A DNA stretch of 60,150 bases, counting the filler, from Nemertoderma westbladi (taxonomy: Eukaryota > Animalia > Xenacoelomorpha), in NCBI GenBank assembly GCA_032718475.1. It is 4 parts of 4 records of this genome, joined end to end, with 100 filler letters (N's around TTAATTAATTAA, not from the genome) between each part and the next. Parts side by side here need not be neighbours in the genome. Positions count along the whole stretch, not along the records: positions 1 to 26,547 come from JAUCBJ010000690.1; positions 26,648 to 41,357 come from JAUCBJ010008271.1; 2 more parts are not named here. One strand, given 5' to 3'. Every line of letters begins with the position of its first letter. The first letter of the stretch is position 1. Below the pieces are notes generated by a model. The model saw nothing but the letters and a program-made list of their open reading frames with translations. It was not told the DNA's origin and ran no database searches. The position numbers were made by a program, and so were the translations under genes. This document shows, one piece after another, positions 21,151-34,637 of this stretch.

Positions 21151-22297
21151 AATCTATTAATGTTCGCGCTTTTAGACCTTTAACAGTTTAACCTGCTAAT
21201 TTAAGTGTCTTTTTTAAATAGACTATTTTCCTTACTAATTGACAGAATTAACATCCGCCGAAGGCAGCCCATGCGCGGCGTATGACCCACTGTTTGGGAG
21301 ACTGGATTCGGTTCCAGAGAAAGTTATTGCGGTGTACAGTACTAATCTCAGCCTGCCAACGCTTTTTACGACTAGAATACGACTGAAAACGACCAGATTA
21401 CAACTGACACATTGCTTGCCAATGGTGGTTGTAAAGGTTGTAATTATGTTTTACAACCAAATTGACTAGTTGTAAAGGTTGTAATCATAGTCGTAATGAG
21501 TTGTAAATGGGTGGTTTGAAGCCAGGTGTAAACGGTAGTAAACGGTCGTAATCCACCTGTCTGTTTGTCTGTTGTTTATATGGCCTTGGTCTGTGGAAAC
21601 CATTATTTGAGAAACCCCTCCAGGCTAATTGGCTATAGGAGCCCCTTGAAGTTGATATTGAATTTGTCTCACGTTTGGGTCCATGTCTCATATTAGGCAG
21701 AACTACCGGTACTACTGTAAGCCTAACCTTACTGAAATCAACAATTTTGAAGTACTGAAGTAACAGTGTGACTTTCGGAAAGAAGTCAGATGCAATTATA
21801 ATGTACAGTATGTGTATAGGGGGCCTATGGTTTCTATACTTCAGATGGATCTAGGACACTTCCCCCCCGGACACTTCCCCCCCGGACACTTCCCCCCCGC
21901 CCAAGTAGGACACTTCCCCCCCGGACACTTCCCCCCCGGACACTTGCCCCCCGGACACTTCCCCCCCCCAGTTAAAGTGTTAAAATTAATCTGGGTGCAT
22001 CAAAGCAATAAACAAAAGTTAAAGATGATTACAGGACAAGTTGCATCTAGACAAGTTTTTTCAAAATTATAAAAGAAACATTTTTATAGTCAAATTTTGT
22101 TTGTTTTTCTTTTAATTCCTTTAATTCTTTTAATTTCTTTTAATTGGGGGCTGCCGTCCCCAAACCCCCGCTTCTTTTGTTGGGGGCTACCGCCCCCAAA
22201 CCCCCGCTTCTTTTCTTGGGAGTTATCGCCCCCAGACCCCGGCATTTCCCTGAGTGCCCGTGGTGAAAGACTTAATACCACTTTGAAATAATTAATT

Positions 22298-23654
22298 GTT
22301 TGTTCAACAATTAATGAAGATATAGAAGAGATCAACTATAATGGCGGTAAAACTTATATGTAACCAAATCAAATCATCCCTACAACCAGGGGCAGGTCCG
22401 GGACATGCCTATTGCGTGTTCATCGATTTCTCCAAAGCGTTCGACTCCCTAGACCGTCAACTTCTTTGCAGGAAATTATCCGCTATTGGAATTAGTAAAA
22501 AATTTATTGCTGTAATATGGGCTATAATATCAGTGAATTACATATGTATCTGCATTGGCACATTTGTGCTAGATCCAATAGAACAGACAACCGGGGTAAT
22601 ACAGGGAGACAAACTCTCGCCGTTGTTGTTTAGCCTGTTTATCTCCGACATTCCACTTTTATTGACAACCTTGTGGTGCTATGTAATATTATACGCCGAC
22701 GACTTAGTGATTGTAGCCGACACAATCAACGAGGCCCAGCTTGCATTAAACAAGCTCGAAAAATACTGCAGGGCAAATCGACTGGAGGTGAATATTTTTA
22801 AAACTAAAGCAATTAAATTTCGCCGCGGTGGAAAAAGGTCGAAGACAGACATAATTCATTATAATGGTAAAACCATCGAGTTCGTCACCCAATTCAACTA
22901 TTTAGGAGTGGTTCTGTCATCAAAGAACGGGCCCAGCGGTCATTACAACCATCTCTATAACAAAGGCCTTGCGGCATGCACTCGTATAGCCATGAAAATA
23001 AACCTTACACTAATATCTAAGGACTCGGGTACTCGCCTATGGAAATCCGTAATAGTCCCATCTATTACATACGGATGCAGTATCTTTTCGGAGGATGACC
23101 CAACCAAATTAGACCATGTCCAGCGGATACGGGCACTGTTCTGGAAGATGTGGTGCGGTGTCAGTAGATACGCGTCCTCATCCTCAATTCTCAAAGTAAT
23201 CGATGACCCGACATCCAGCGATGTAAAGTTAGAGAACTTAACTGGTCTGCGCCGCCGCGCCGCGGCTCAGCTTATTTCCAACGGGTGTCACCAAAAAATA
23301 TGCAGTAAAATAAATTGCTGGAAACCCAGTGAAAACTGTCTCTGCTGGCTCTGCGGAGGCCCTGCCACAGATAAACTCCATTACGCTACGTGCAATGCTA
23401 CACAGTCGGCGAGCTCACCACTCAGACAAGCTCTGTTTTTAATGATCTTAGAACGTCCAATCACACTAACCCATGGGGACGATTCAATGCCTCTCAACTC
23501 TTAAAGTATTTTACATATTATACAAGTTCTGTTAATAAACCCTGACTAAAAGTTTCAGTAGCTACAGCCATAATTTAATCCGATTTTATTTATTTATTGT
23601 TTTAATGTATGTACAAATTTTATCCAATGTGGAATAAATAAAAATCTTCACTTC
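22298..23654 (+). mobile_element. 5'-truncated LINE (RTE/RTEX-like) nested in the MuDR element
   Basis: 12-bp flanking direct repeat AAATAATTAATT (22286-22297 and 23655-23666). AATAAA plus (CTTCA)2 tail. Contains an RT ORF. Confidence 0.8.
22341..23504 (+). CDS. C-terminal half of a LINE reverse transcriptase with a Cys/His-rich tail
   Basis: FIDFSKAFDS, GVIQGDKLSPLLF, LYADDLV, KTK, FNYLGV and C-terminal CLCWLC..H...C. 387 uninterrupted codons. Confidence 0.88.
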   Translation: MAVKLICNQIKSSLQPGAGPGHAYCVFIDFSKAFDSLDRQLLCRKLSAIGISKKFIAVIWAIISVNYICICIGTFVLDPIEQTTGVIQGDKLSPLLFSLFISDIPLLLTTLWCYVILYADDLVIVADTINEAQLALNKLEKYCRANRLEVNIFKTKAIKFRRGGKRSKTDIIHYNGKTIEFVTQFNYLGVVLSSKNGPSGHYNHLYNKGLAACTRIAMKINLTLISKDSGTRLWKSVIVPSITYGCSIFSEDDPTKLDHVQRIRALFWKMWCGVSRYASSSSILKVIDDPTSSDVKLENLTGLRRRAAAQLISNGCHQKICSKINCWKPSENCLCWLCGGPATDKLHYATCNATQSASSPLRQALFLMILERPITLTHGDDSMPLNS

Positions 23655-23994
23655 AAATAATTAATTCATCTTTGTATCATCAGATAATAAATTGACTAAG
23701 CCTAAAGTAGGAGCTGTATTGAATGTTAACCAATTTAATATATAAATTACTACAATATTATATAATTCAACAAAATCCTATTAAAAATATTGCAAGTAAC
23801 CAGGAAATTTAATATGTAGTGTGTATAATATCTATATAGTATGTATAGTACAGTAGTAATATATATATCAATATGTAATGCTGAACACAGAATACAGGTC
23901 GACGCATGTCGATTTTACCCTGAGAGATTTTACCCTTTCATCCCCATCTGCTACAATTTGAAGAAGACTATTACATAATAATACCTATAATTAA

Positions 23995-24475
23995 CCCTAT
24001 CCATACCGGGGTACTTTAGACGCTCCACCTACCGGGGGGGGGGGACTTTTGGGGACGTAAAGTTTGGAAGCATATAACTTTGTGTGGTGTAATGATATTA
24101 CTTTAAAGTAAAAAGTTTTAGATACAAAATTTATTCCTCTATCCAAATATGCCACACACTAATGCTGAAATATAATATTTATATACTATAATTATGTTTA
24201 AATTGATTTTAAATTTATATTAAATTGATTGAATTTTAAATTTCCCGCCTATAATAGTTCAGCAATAATATGACAGTTTCAGAGACAGGTCAGTTTACGA
24301 GTCATTTTCATGGTCATAAATAATAATATGAAAATTAATTTTTGTTTTAAGATAAAGAATAATAAATTTTAGGAAAAGTAACGGAATTTCACTTGCAATA
24401 AATGTGGTTTGGCTTTGAACCAAGCAATCAAATAAAGTGCGTCTCCAAAAGTCCCCCCCCCCGGTATGGATAGGG
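23995..24475. mobile_element. piggyBac-type MITE nested in the MuDR element
   Basis: TTAA TSDs and TIR CCCTATCCATACCGGGG/CCCCGGTATGGATAGGG. Confidence 0.92.
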
Positions 24476-26547
24476 TTAAAACAATTAATTATTATAATTC
24501 TATAGTTAATAAAAACAGTATATCATTCCGGGGATGGAATTTATAGGTCATCTAATATAATTAATTGTTTAAAGATTAGCAAACAATACGATGTAATTGC
24601 ATTGATAAAACCCATAAATAAAACTTGGATATAAAATGTAAAATCGGGATGCAAAAGATCACTTTCTGAGCTACGAAAGGAAAATTGGATACAACTTATC
24701 TGGATACAAGCGGTCCGTTTACCTTACAAAATGAAAAATACGAATGTGCGAAGTTAAGAACAGTCGGGGGGGGGGGGGGGAAGTGTCCGCGGGGGGGGGA
24801 AGTGTCTGGGGGGGAAGTGTCCGGGGGGGAAGTGTCCTACTTGAGCGGGGGGGAACTGTCCGGGGGGGAAGTGTCCGGGGGGGAAGTGTCCGAACACCCA
24901 CTTCAGATACTTAGATACAAAGGCCTAGCCTACATTTGTCTCTTGTTATGGTTATAATTTCCTTGTCTCAAATTAGGGGAAATTCATGGAAACCGATACC
25001 ACATTAAAGACAGTAGTCAAATGTAAAACTATGAAATCTTTACCACATAAAAATAGTTTTATATAAAAATTTAGCCTTTTTACTATAAAATGTCATAATT
25101 TCGAGAAGCAGGTCAAAGTGGAATGCAAAAATCTCATATCGATTTTAAAACCTTAAAATTTATGAAAAAAAGCTTTGATTTTTGACGGGCCGCTAGAATA
25201 TTATAAGTATATCCAATCCGGTTGAATTATACCTAACGATGTACAGGAATGGTTACAGATCATTATTCGAATTAGTTTTAAGTAGGTTTCTGTAATTATT
25301 TGGCTATAGGAGCCCCTTGAAGTTGATATTGAATTTGTCTCACGTTTGGGTCCATGTCTCAAATTAGGCAGAATGACTGTACTTTTTCGCACTTTTTTTC
25401 CTATGGAAAAAAAAGTAACCCATAGGATTGCATTGATTTTACTTTTCCCGGCGGAAAAAGTAAAATAAAATATCTTTGGTGGAATTTCTTAAATTTTATT
25501 AATGTGTTCAAAGAGCATTGACGTAGAAAAGGTATGCACGTAATTTGGACAAAATCCATGCAGGCACTCAAAAGTTATTGTAAATTTAGTGTCTGCGTAC
25601 TCCAAAACGGACTCAATATCCAATATTTGTTTATGTTGTTAATCGGCTCTCTAGTTACGAAATAAATATTCGAGAACACTAAATTATTTAACATGTACTG
25701 TAAGGTAGCATCGGGTGTTGAAGAGTAGTAGTAATTTTTCAAAATTCTCTCGACCCATTATTAACCTCGCTGACGCTTGGTAAATAAAATGCCTCGAGAA
25801 TAGTGAAAAAAAGTTATACTTTTTTTCTATGTAATAAAAAATTATATTTTTTGTTGTTTTGGATACTCTTGGCCCACTATGAAACGTCGCGAATTTCGCA
25901 AACGTCGCAAACATCTGGACTTTAGTACTAGTTTTTTATTTTCATACTTCCCTAGCTATTAATTTTATAATTTGAGTGATTTGATACTTTAAATGAATAG
26001 AATAAATAAATGTTTGCATTATTTATTTGAAAATAATTGTTAGTGCAACAGACTTTAATGTTTTCAATGAAACAATTATTCCAGAATTTTAAATTTAGTT
26101 GTTCAGGCTCAATGCAGTTTTCTGTACCTACACTTTTTCTTACTTGTACTGCAGTACTGTTGCAAACCACCTTTAGTCAGACAGTTACCGGTACACTGTC
26201 ATACTTCATAGGCCTATCATAACCATTTATTCTTGTAAAGATGGTTTGGTTTATTATTTTGGTTAGGGTTAGTTGGTCAGGCCTCAACCCTAATTAAAAC
26301 TGTCATGTAACCCTAACCCTAAGTCATAATCTAAGAAATTTAGCGGAATTGCCAAAATTGTTGCCAGAAGGGCCGATAATGGCAATAATGTCAGCCACTA
26401 CTATACTGTAACCATTGAGTTTCATACAGTATAAAAATCCAATGACCGTGTAGGTACCCCAAACTGCATATTCCCGTTGTTAAAGTTAGTATTCTTTGTA
26501 AGTGAGTAAAAGTAAAGGCCTTCACTACAGTAAGGCCGCGTTCACAC

Positions 26548-26647
26548 NNNNNNNNNNNNNNNNNNNNNNNNNNNNNNNNNNNNNNNNNNNNTTAATTAAT
26601 TAANNNNNNNNNNNNNNNNNNNNNNNNNNNNNNNNNNNNNNNNNNNN
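26548..26647. other. Artificial contig-joining spacer
   Basis: 44 N + TTAATTAATTAA + 44 N, identical in all three places. Confidence 0.95.
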
Positions 26648-27091
26648 ACTACTCGCATTGCTGGCCGATTGGGATATACAGTACAATTACTTGAGCACTC
26701 GTCTTAAACAATTATAATTGAAAGAATAATGAGATGGTCAAATTTACAATAACTAGAAAATCACGTATTTACAGTAGTAAAAATAAAAGTCTAAAGTTAA
26801 AAACTAAAGTTAAAATCGCGGATTTATAGTATTTCTAATTATTTACAAGAATTCATCCACTAACCTAGCTTTTATTGCTCTTATTTACTTTCGCTGTTTT
26901 TTTTTCCTTTTTTCTCTTTTTCCCGATGAATAAAGAAAGAATAGAATATACTTTATTATTATCTCTATTTGATATTCCCGTAATTCCCTTTCAAAGTTGT
27001 TAATTTGAATTAATACTGTATATGAAACTATTTGCCCCGAGTAGTGTGGGCGTAAGTATACAAATTTATCAACAATAACAAGCAGGCCTAC

Positions 27092-27283
27092 CTTTCTTCC
27101 TTTGTTGACCCCGTAGGCCATCTTCGCAACGGTTTTCTCTCTGGGTCCATCCACGGTTTTACCATCGTCTGTCGGCCCCCAACTCGCACTATAAATGTCT
27201 ATTAGATCGGGCGCGTGTCCCATCGAAGCAGCCTCGATGTAATCCGTCATATAGGGTTGGTCTAACATCCGTATTCCTGCGAT
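27092..27283 (-). CDS. PCSK2: Prohormone convertase 2, coding exon 3
   Basis: IAGIRMLDQPYMTDYIEAASMGHAPDLIDIYSASWGPTDDGKTVDGPREKTVAKMAYGVNKGRK. CAG acceptor and GTAGGC donor. Confidence 0.93.
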
Positions 27284-29066
27284 CTGTACGGTAATAATTT
27301 ATCTGTTTATTGTACTGATAATTATGTATAAAGATAAACTGGTATTACTTATTATATTAATATATATACTAGAACGCCATCAAGATGGCTTTAAACGAAC
27401 CTGTCTTACACAGACTCCAAGAAACAGATGGGATTGGAAGATGCAAACCAAGAATGACTTGCATCAACCAAAAAACTGCCTCCCATCTAATGTAATACAC
27501 ATTCGCCTAGGCAAACAAATCATAATCACAATTACTACGATGATCTGTGAAATGGTATCCATATCCGCAACCTGAGAAACGGCCCAAAAGAGCAGTTTAT
27601 TCTGCGGAGGGGTCTTTTCTGTATTAGATAAATAAAATAAAGAACACTATAATTACAGTATTTATACCTGATACATTCTCAGTTAGCCTAATAAAAACAT
27701 CGGAGCAACCAATATAATGTACATGTACAAGCATCCTATGAAAGTTTGTGAAATGTTCCCTTAAGTCTACCCAACAGCCGTTGGTACCCGGCTGGCAGCC
27801 ACCCTGGTTCAGTTTTATGGTTTTGTTAGTTTAATCGACAGCTGTTGTAAACGTCCCAGATATACAAAACCTACTAAGCCTTTGCATTACAATTGAGCTT
27901 AGCCTAAGTTGATGACAGTATTATAACGATGACAATTAGGCCCTATAGATACATACGATATATAAATGATGTACTGCTTGACATTACACTAACTGGCTGA
28001 ATAGAGATAGAACTATAATAATACGTTTGGCATTCTGTCAGATTTCAGTAGTAAGTAACCTCATAATAATTGCTAAATATCAATCACCTGAAAAACATTT
28101 CAAGCAAGGGAGTTGTGGGTATTTAATTTCGCGTTCAATAATGTTGAAAATATGCAAATATTTCGAATATCGCACTTCGAATCGTTCCCAACTTTTTTAT
28201 TCAACAACTAGACAACAATTGATAAATACTTGCGTTTACAATTTTACAATGCATGCAAGTGGTTTCAAGCCATTTGGTGAACATACATAGTGACATATGT
28301 AGTGATATAGGTAAATATATAAATATATATATCCATCGTGTTTTTGCCGGCCTCAGCTTTAGACAAAAACTACCCAGTCTAAAGACAGGTTCGTTATAAT
28401 ATATTACTTTATAAATTGGTATATAAAGCGCATACTGTAGGCCTTCTACAGACAGATAAATTGTGAGGGTGGGGTTGAATTTGGGCGCTTTTTCATGGAA
28501 AACACGTGACGGAGCTCAAAATTAAAACTATAATCTGTTATATAGAAATTTAATTTATTGTTTTGGTTAGAACAACGTGATGCAACCAGAACTCCTTTTC
28601 CTCAACTGATAATTCAACTTCTGGGTGAGATAGCTGCTATGAGATTTGTTTCAAGACCCCCCCCCCCCCCCCCCACCCCCCCTGTCTCACTAAATTTACT
28701 ACACAATAGTTATTTTTGCGAGTGATATAAACCGACAAAACTTTCTTTAATTGGTTCATATTTTTCCTAATTCGTAGAAGTAATTTGCGATTTCTATCTT
28801 TGATTTATATTCTGCCAGGCATTAACCACATTCAGAGAGAATCTCTGAACTCTGAGGATTTCTATTCAATAAGGTCGACATCCAGACACCATCTCATACT
28901 TTTAAATCCGTTTTCTTATTCAAATTATATTTTTTTAAGAAATTTAATTGAATACTACGAAATGGGTCACCTAAACTTCGTGGCTCGCCCCACATTTATT
29001 CCACATCAAGCTATCTAAATAGCATTACGATTCCCACCGATATCGCTGGATGGCGTTTCGACTAAC

Positions 29067-29290
29067 CTTAGAGTCGTATGCAACTCCGACCCCACAAACA
29101 CCGTCGCGCGCCACACCAGACACCTCCCCGGCACAGCGGGTACCGTGGGAGTTGAACCAGTCATCCGTGTACCGTGGATACGGGTAGGGATCGTTACTGG
29201 AGAAATCGTAGCTCGCAGCAGAATTGTAGTTGGGTGCCAAATCGGGGTGGAGGTAGTCTAATCCGTCGTCCATTATGGCGACGGTAACTC
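29067..29290 (-). CDS. PCSK2: Prohormone convertase 2, coding exon 2 (catalytic Asp and His)
   Basis: GVTVAIMDDGLDYLHPDL..YPYPRYTDDWFNSHGTRCAGEV..GVAYDSK, with PC2-type MDDG and TDDWFN. Phase-1 acceptor and GTTAGT donor. Confidence 0.95.
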
Positions 29291-30324
29291 CTGCAAGTCA
29301 AACAAAACTGGGTTGGCGCCGAAGAGGAGAGAGAGTAATGATTTGTGAGAAACTTTCAGTTTCAATTTTCAATCCTCCATTTTCACTTCGTCTACATAAG
29401 GCTATAGGCCTACAGTAGCGGTATCTCAAGTTGAAATACTTCTCAAACCTCCATAATAAAAATTTCAGCACATAAAAACAACCTGAAACGACTTGTAGCA
29501 GTTTCAGGTCGTACCAGGTTGTATCACGTTTTGTATTTTTATAACTTATTAAACTAATGAAATTGTTTCGGTTTTATCCAACTTCCATAATAATTGCATT
29601 CATTTGTAAGTGCGCACTTTTAACCCTGTGTTTACCACGATATCTATATGGTTCCCTTTTTTGTATAATAGAACGAGCTGTGACCCATAAAATGGGACTG
29701 TATTGTCTTGAATATAACATGTTTTAATGCTAATTGGGATATTCAGCGCTATTAACTATTAATAAATACTCTAATATTATATGATCGTGAAGTATTTTTA
29801 CATGATAAATCTTCATGTGTAGTAAAATACAATTAAAAACATTAATAATTTGAATTGGGGGGAAATTGAAATTGAAATTGAATGAAATGCAGATTACTGA
29901 TATTTTTTAAAGGTAATATATTAATATCTCATGAGAATAAAAGTAAATAATAATAATAATAATAAATTAATTTGTTTTAAATTATTATTTACAAGCACCT
30001 ACAATACTACACTATTAAAATAGTTTCACTAAATTTTATATTATCACTCCACAGTCACAGACTGAATTACTGCAGATTATTTTGTTTGTTTTGGGATACA
30101 TTTAGTATTAATATTCAATGATTTTCTTAATGTATTTATTTTTTCTTAATTATTTTGTGCTCCTCTAAAGCATTGAGAAATGTTTTCTCAATGTTTGAAA
30201 AAAGAAAAAAAAATTAATTGAGAAAAAGCATTGAATATGGTATGTATGGCATAGACTATCAGTACAATTAATTATTTATTGAAGACGTCAGATTTTATAG
30301 GACACTTTAACTCGATTCGCTAAC

Positions 30325-30769
30325 CTTTTCCTGTGAACCCCTGCTCCCAGGCGTCCATCACATTGAGATCCAGCCCCGGTTTGCCCCCTGCTTGCCCCGT
30401 GTTTACCAGATACCACTGTTTATCGAATATGGGATCATTAAAGGAACCCACTGGGGTCCGGTCCCCTTCGTCCCCCCAGATGTTCCGATATCCCCGCTTG
30501 ACGCGTTTAAACCTCTCCAGAGGGGCCACATTCGCAGACAACCCATGCAGACTCCTCTTCCGGAGTCTCCCGGAGTTGTCATCATTCATCCGGGACCGGA
30601 ATGAACCGTCAGACATCGGACCGAGGTTGTCCAACCCGTTCCGTTGCGTCGCAATCCCAGGGGTTCGTCTCCTCATCGGTCCCAGACCCACTTTGTAGTC
30701 TCGGCCCCACGCCCACGATTCGGTTACCATGGCTACCGCCAATAAACACAAGCAGATCCGGAAAGCCAT
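30325..30769 (-). CDS. PCSK2: Prohormone convertase 2, coding exon 1 (signal peptide, prodomain, start of catalytic domain)
   Basis: Signal peptide MAFRICLCLLAVAMVTESWA. RLRKRS and FKRVKR|GY processing sites. NDPIFDKQWYLVNTGQAGGKPGLDLNV. Phase-1 GTTAG donor. Confidence 0.93.
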
Positions 30770-32071
30770 CCGGCCGCCTCAGTACTATTACTCTCAATTC
30801 TGAGTCGCTTTTCCGACTCCTCGTGCAAACTCTCTGACTCAATATTACTATATTGTAACAGTACGTAATGAGTTTTATTACATTCTCAACAAAATGACGT
30901 AATTTAAACAATAAATAGCCTAAAAAATATTTATTTTTTTGCCGGGTTGTAAACTACACTACCAATTATTAGTAAATATTCTTATATATTTCATTATTAC
31001 TACAATTGTTGTTACAGATGGATGAATGAGTTGCTTATGTGAATAAGTTGACGTATAATTTATTATAATCCAAGATATCTTATGAAGCTAAGTCATTCTT
31101 ATATATAGTAAATTGATGCTAAGGATTATTATTAATTAATATAATTAACATATATATGCAATATAGATAGACATTTTCAAATTTATTGCCCTTATTTATT
31201 GCCCCGCGAATATTTTGTATATAAAGAAAGCAACCCGACATATATTTGCCTGAGCAACTAAATATTTGTCCTGCTGTAGAGTTCTACTATAACTCCCTCA
31301 AATAAAGGAATATTTTTTTCAGCTTGGCCGCCATGTACGCGGTTGGATCATCCTTTACCTGCGCGTGGAGAGTGGCTGCATTCCCCGAATCGAATCCCGT
31401 TGCCACAGTAATGTATTACCTACGCACAACGGATTCCGCGAGCAGCATACCTGCTTCCTCAACCTTTCCGACGCGTTATAGCTGTATAACTGTATTGCAT
31501 CGTATAACTGTAACTGGACGAAGTGCGAGTGGGCGTTATGAGTTCAGAGAGATGGTTGAATAACACACACATCATGAGGAACACAAGTTAATTATGTTCC
31601 CAATAGCAGCTATAGTTTGTTGCTGGCTTAATCAGCCTCAGCCAGGGAATAACTTTTTGACATCTGATTGATATCATCACGTTTTGGAAGCCACAGGAAT
31701 ATATTATTAAAGTACTCCTTTAATGCAAATTTGTGCATTAATTTGTAAAAATTAATTAATTAATTACATTAAATTAAACGGAGGGGTAAAATAGTGTGAA
31801 ATAAATCATCGGGCTGGACCTGCATGTTTGTTTTCCATTTTCATATGGAATTTTTTATTGGAGGTGGAGCATGCGCAACTGACAGAAGTAAAAAGTACTA
31901 AAACGAAAAATAAAGTAGAGTAATTTAGGTATAAATTATAAATATAACAAAATATATCAAATTAAACCAAAATATAACAAGCGCGAAATCGCTCAAAGGT
32001 CCACGTCTACTAACTCATGAACTGTCTCCTTCTTGAATGGCTTACTACCAATAAATACTACCAAAAAAATT

Positions 32072-32145
32072 CACCGTAAAGGGGGATTGAACTCGGTACC
32101 TAGAGATTCCAAACCTAACGCTCTACTAACTTCGCCACTGCGCCG
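32072..32145 (-). mobile_element. tRNA-derived SINE head
   Basis: Minus strand GGCGCAGTGGCGAAGTTAGTAGAGCG...CCGAGTTCAATCCCC. A- and B-box-like elements with broken stems. Confidence 0.55.
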
Positions 32146-32149
32146 TATG

Positions 32150-32556
32150 AAGCCCTATTACTATAACAACCTGACTGGAAATTAACAAAACCAACAGCAA
32201 CAACGGTGTGAATACTAGAGGTCTCGCTACGCGGACGTAAAACTAATGTGGTTGTCTGACTTCGATTCTCACCATCAGGCTGCCACAGCACAAAGTTATT
32301 GACAGGTTGATTCTGCCGAAACACTGACGAGCAAGCTTCAGACGGCGCCTCTGCATGTTGCCGTTTGCTATAGTTGCCAAAGCACAAGATTATTCACTGG
32401 CTGGTCTTCACGGCGAAGCAATGTCCAGCAAAGCGGAGGCGGTTCCGTTCAAGTGTCAAGCTAGGGGAGACTAATGGAATGCCTCCAATGTTGTATAGAG
32501 ACTGATTGGAGATATGTGCATTGTACTTGACACAATGAACCCGGAGCAGCATTCTT
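32150..32556 (-). mobile_element. 3' fragment of an RTE-clade LINE
   Basis: The reverse complement matches 57340-57530 (RLRFAGHCFRREDQP). Confidence 0.8.
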
Positions 32557-34637
32557 GTGATATGTTTCATATTTGGGAGTGATCAGCTGTTACTTTCGTC
32601 GATTTTGCCCTGGAGAGGGATACATTTTGATATGTTGAGTCGAACAAAAGTCCCCCCTATCTGAAAAAAATAACATTAAAAACCTATAGGCATTAAAGGT
32701 GTTCAGTAAATAATTAATATTTGAGTGTAAAAGTCCCAGCTCCCTTCAGAAGTAACTTATTATTCGTGTCTTTTAAGAGTCAAAGAGTGGAGATTGAAGC
32801 ACTCCGAGATGAAGTCAGAGTTCGCTACATTCCTTTAGGTTGGTGTCGGGTTGGTGATCCAACAACTACGCGATTGGTGATGAAACCTTTGTTGTAGGGT
32901 TTCAATAATAACGAGTCTAGCGGGGTGAGTGAGTGAGAGTCCTGGCATTAATGTAACTAACTACTCAGGGTTCAACTGCACTTTGGGGGTGCCGGTTGCC
33001 GTTGATTACTGCAATGGCTACCATACCGAAAGCGCGCTGTAGGCATAGGGCCGAACTGGGTCATTGAGTGATCCGCAGCACTCGAACGAGTGCAGTAATA
33101 CAGTAGTTTGTAGTGTACCAATAATGAGAGGATTTACAAGTAATGTCAACAATTTGAAATCAAAGAAATACAATTAATTTCTGATACCGTGCCGTGGTGG
33201 GGTTGGGTGCAACCTTCGACCGCGTCCAATCCAGAAGGGGGAAACCTTCACCCGCAAGGCAATCTTCGCCTCAAGTAACCTTTACCCAATAAGATTTGTG
33301 TTAGTAAACATTTTAGTAAGAAATTGAGGGAAAGGAGCAGGTTAAAGAGACGGCTTTTTCTAACCAAAACGATAAACGATGGCGTTACAAATTAAAGAAG
33401 ATTGGACGCGGGCTAAATTTTCTCGCAGGCGAAGTCTCTTCACTCCCATGATTTATTGTGGATTTCAGTGGAATCCATACAAAGAAACTTAACTCGACGT
33501 TCAAGGATTATAGTAAATACTATTTGATATCATTTATATCATTTTGGAAACTAATATAAAATGTAATCGATTTTTCACGCCTTCCTAGGCAGGCCTTATA
33601 AAACGCACTCCCTCGTGATATTAATTTTAGATGCAGTATATCCATTCCCCCATATCATTTCCGTCCACATTCCCCACAAAACCCTCACACAGTCCCCCAA
33701 CATATAACATATATATATATAACATAAAAAAAGAAGTAGATAAAAAACATTAAAAAAAAACAAAAAAAATTATCCAATATTTACCGGCCCCTAACCTACG
33801 TTCACCTACATTCACCAACAACTTAACCTAACAGCTGTAAGTAATGCCTTCCCTGGAAACTCCCCAATTAACCTCACCCAATGGGAGAGCTTTATTCTCT
33901 TAGCCTGAATCTATTTGCTTGGTTCACACAATACATTAAGAGAAGCCCTTCTTGTTTATAATATCCAATAAATTCAGTGATATAAAGTTGGTGTATACAT
34001 TATTGGACACTGCCACCTGTAAATTTCAATTATAGTTTAACGTGTATTATCAATATTAGAAATCCTTGCTAAGGAAAGACATCAAGCCTTAGCAAGTGAT
34101 AATTAGGGTTCAACTCCTTATTGACCACTAACACCGGGTTTAAAATGGGCCACATCTCACTCATAATTCAGTCAGTAACTCGGCCTTGTAGATGGCAGCC
34201 ATTGTCACGCTATCTTGGCTCAAATTCTCCTCTCCGGGCTAAGCTGTTCCTACAACCATCTCTGTGGTCGTGGTGCTTAGTTCCCGCCGAGATTGTAGAC
34301 CAAACCAGCCCTCCAGTGCTTTAGAGCACTCTGCCCTCTGGCTCATAGGCTAGACCTCCGTCAAACCTTTGAGTCGTAGCACAAAGTAACTGCGAAATTT
34401 CTGCGTCCAATCGGTACCACCCCGTTTGGACACAGAAAAATAACCTGGTGTTTGCACTATTGCCAAGTTTTCCAATAGCGTGAAGCCGCACCAAGTATTT
34501 TGCGACAAAATAATACCTTTCTAGACTTATCAGATTTATACAGACTAAAAGTGGCCTTTTAGACTGTTCACGACCTAGACCTACTATACTGTAATTGTTT
34601 GTGATACTATTGTGTATTATTTTTGTGTATTTTAGTG

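Larger units (their letters stand above)
21847..24899. mobile_element. MuDR/MULE-type (foldback-like) non-autonomous element
   Basis: 9-bp TSD ACTTCAGAT at 21838-21846 and 24900-24908. Arms are made of (GGACACTTCCCCCCC)n in inverted orientation. Confidence 0.9.

Noticed and set aside
26260-26325. Telomere-like TTAGGG/CCCTAA words
   Set aside because: There are only one or two scattered units in both orientations, typical of decayed transposon interiors.
26592-26603. TTAATTAATTAA palindrome inside N-runs (three times)
   Set aside because: The identical 100-bp construct each time marks it as an artificial linker, not biology.
26648-27092. PC2 truncated before the catalytic Ser and P domain (possible pseudogene)
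   Set aside because: The gene runs into a contig end. The three exons are intact, so the missing exons are probably just not in this piece. The same applies to the ZP gene.
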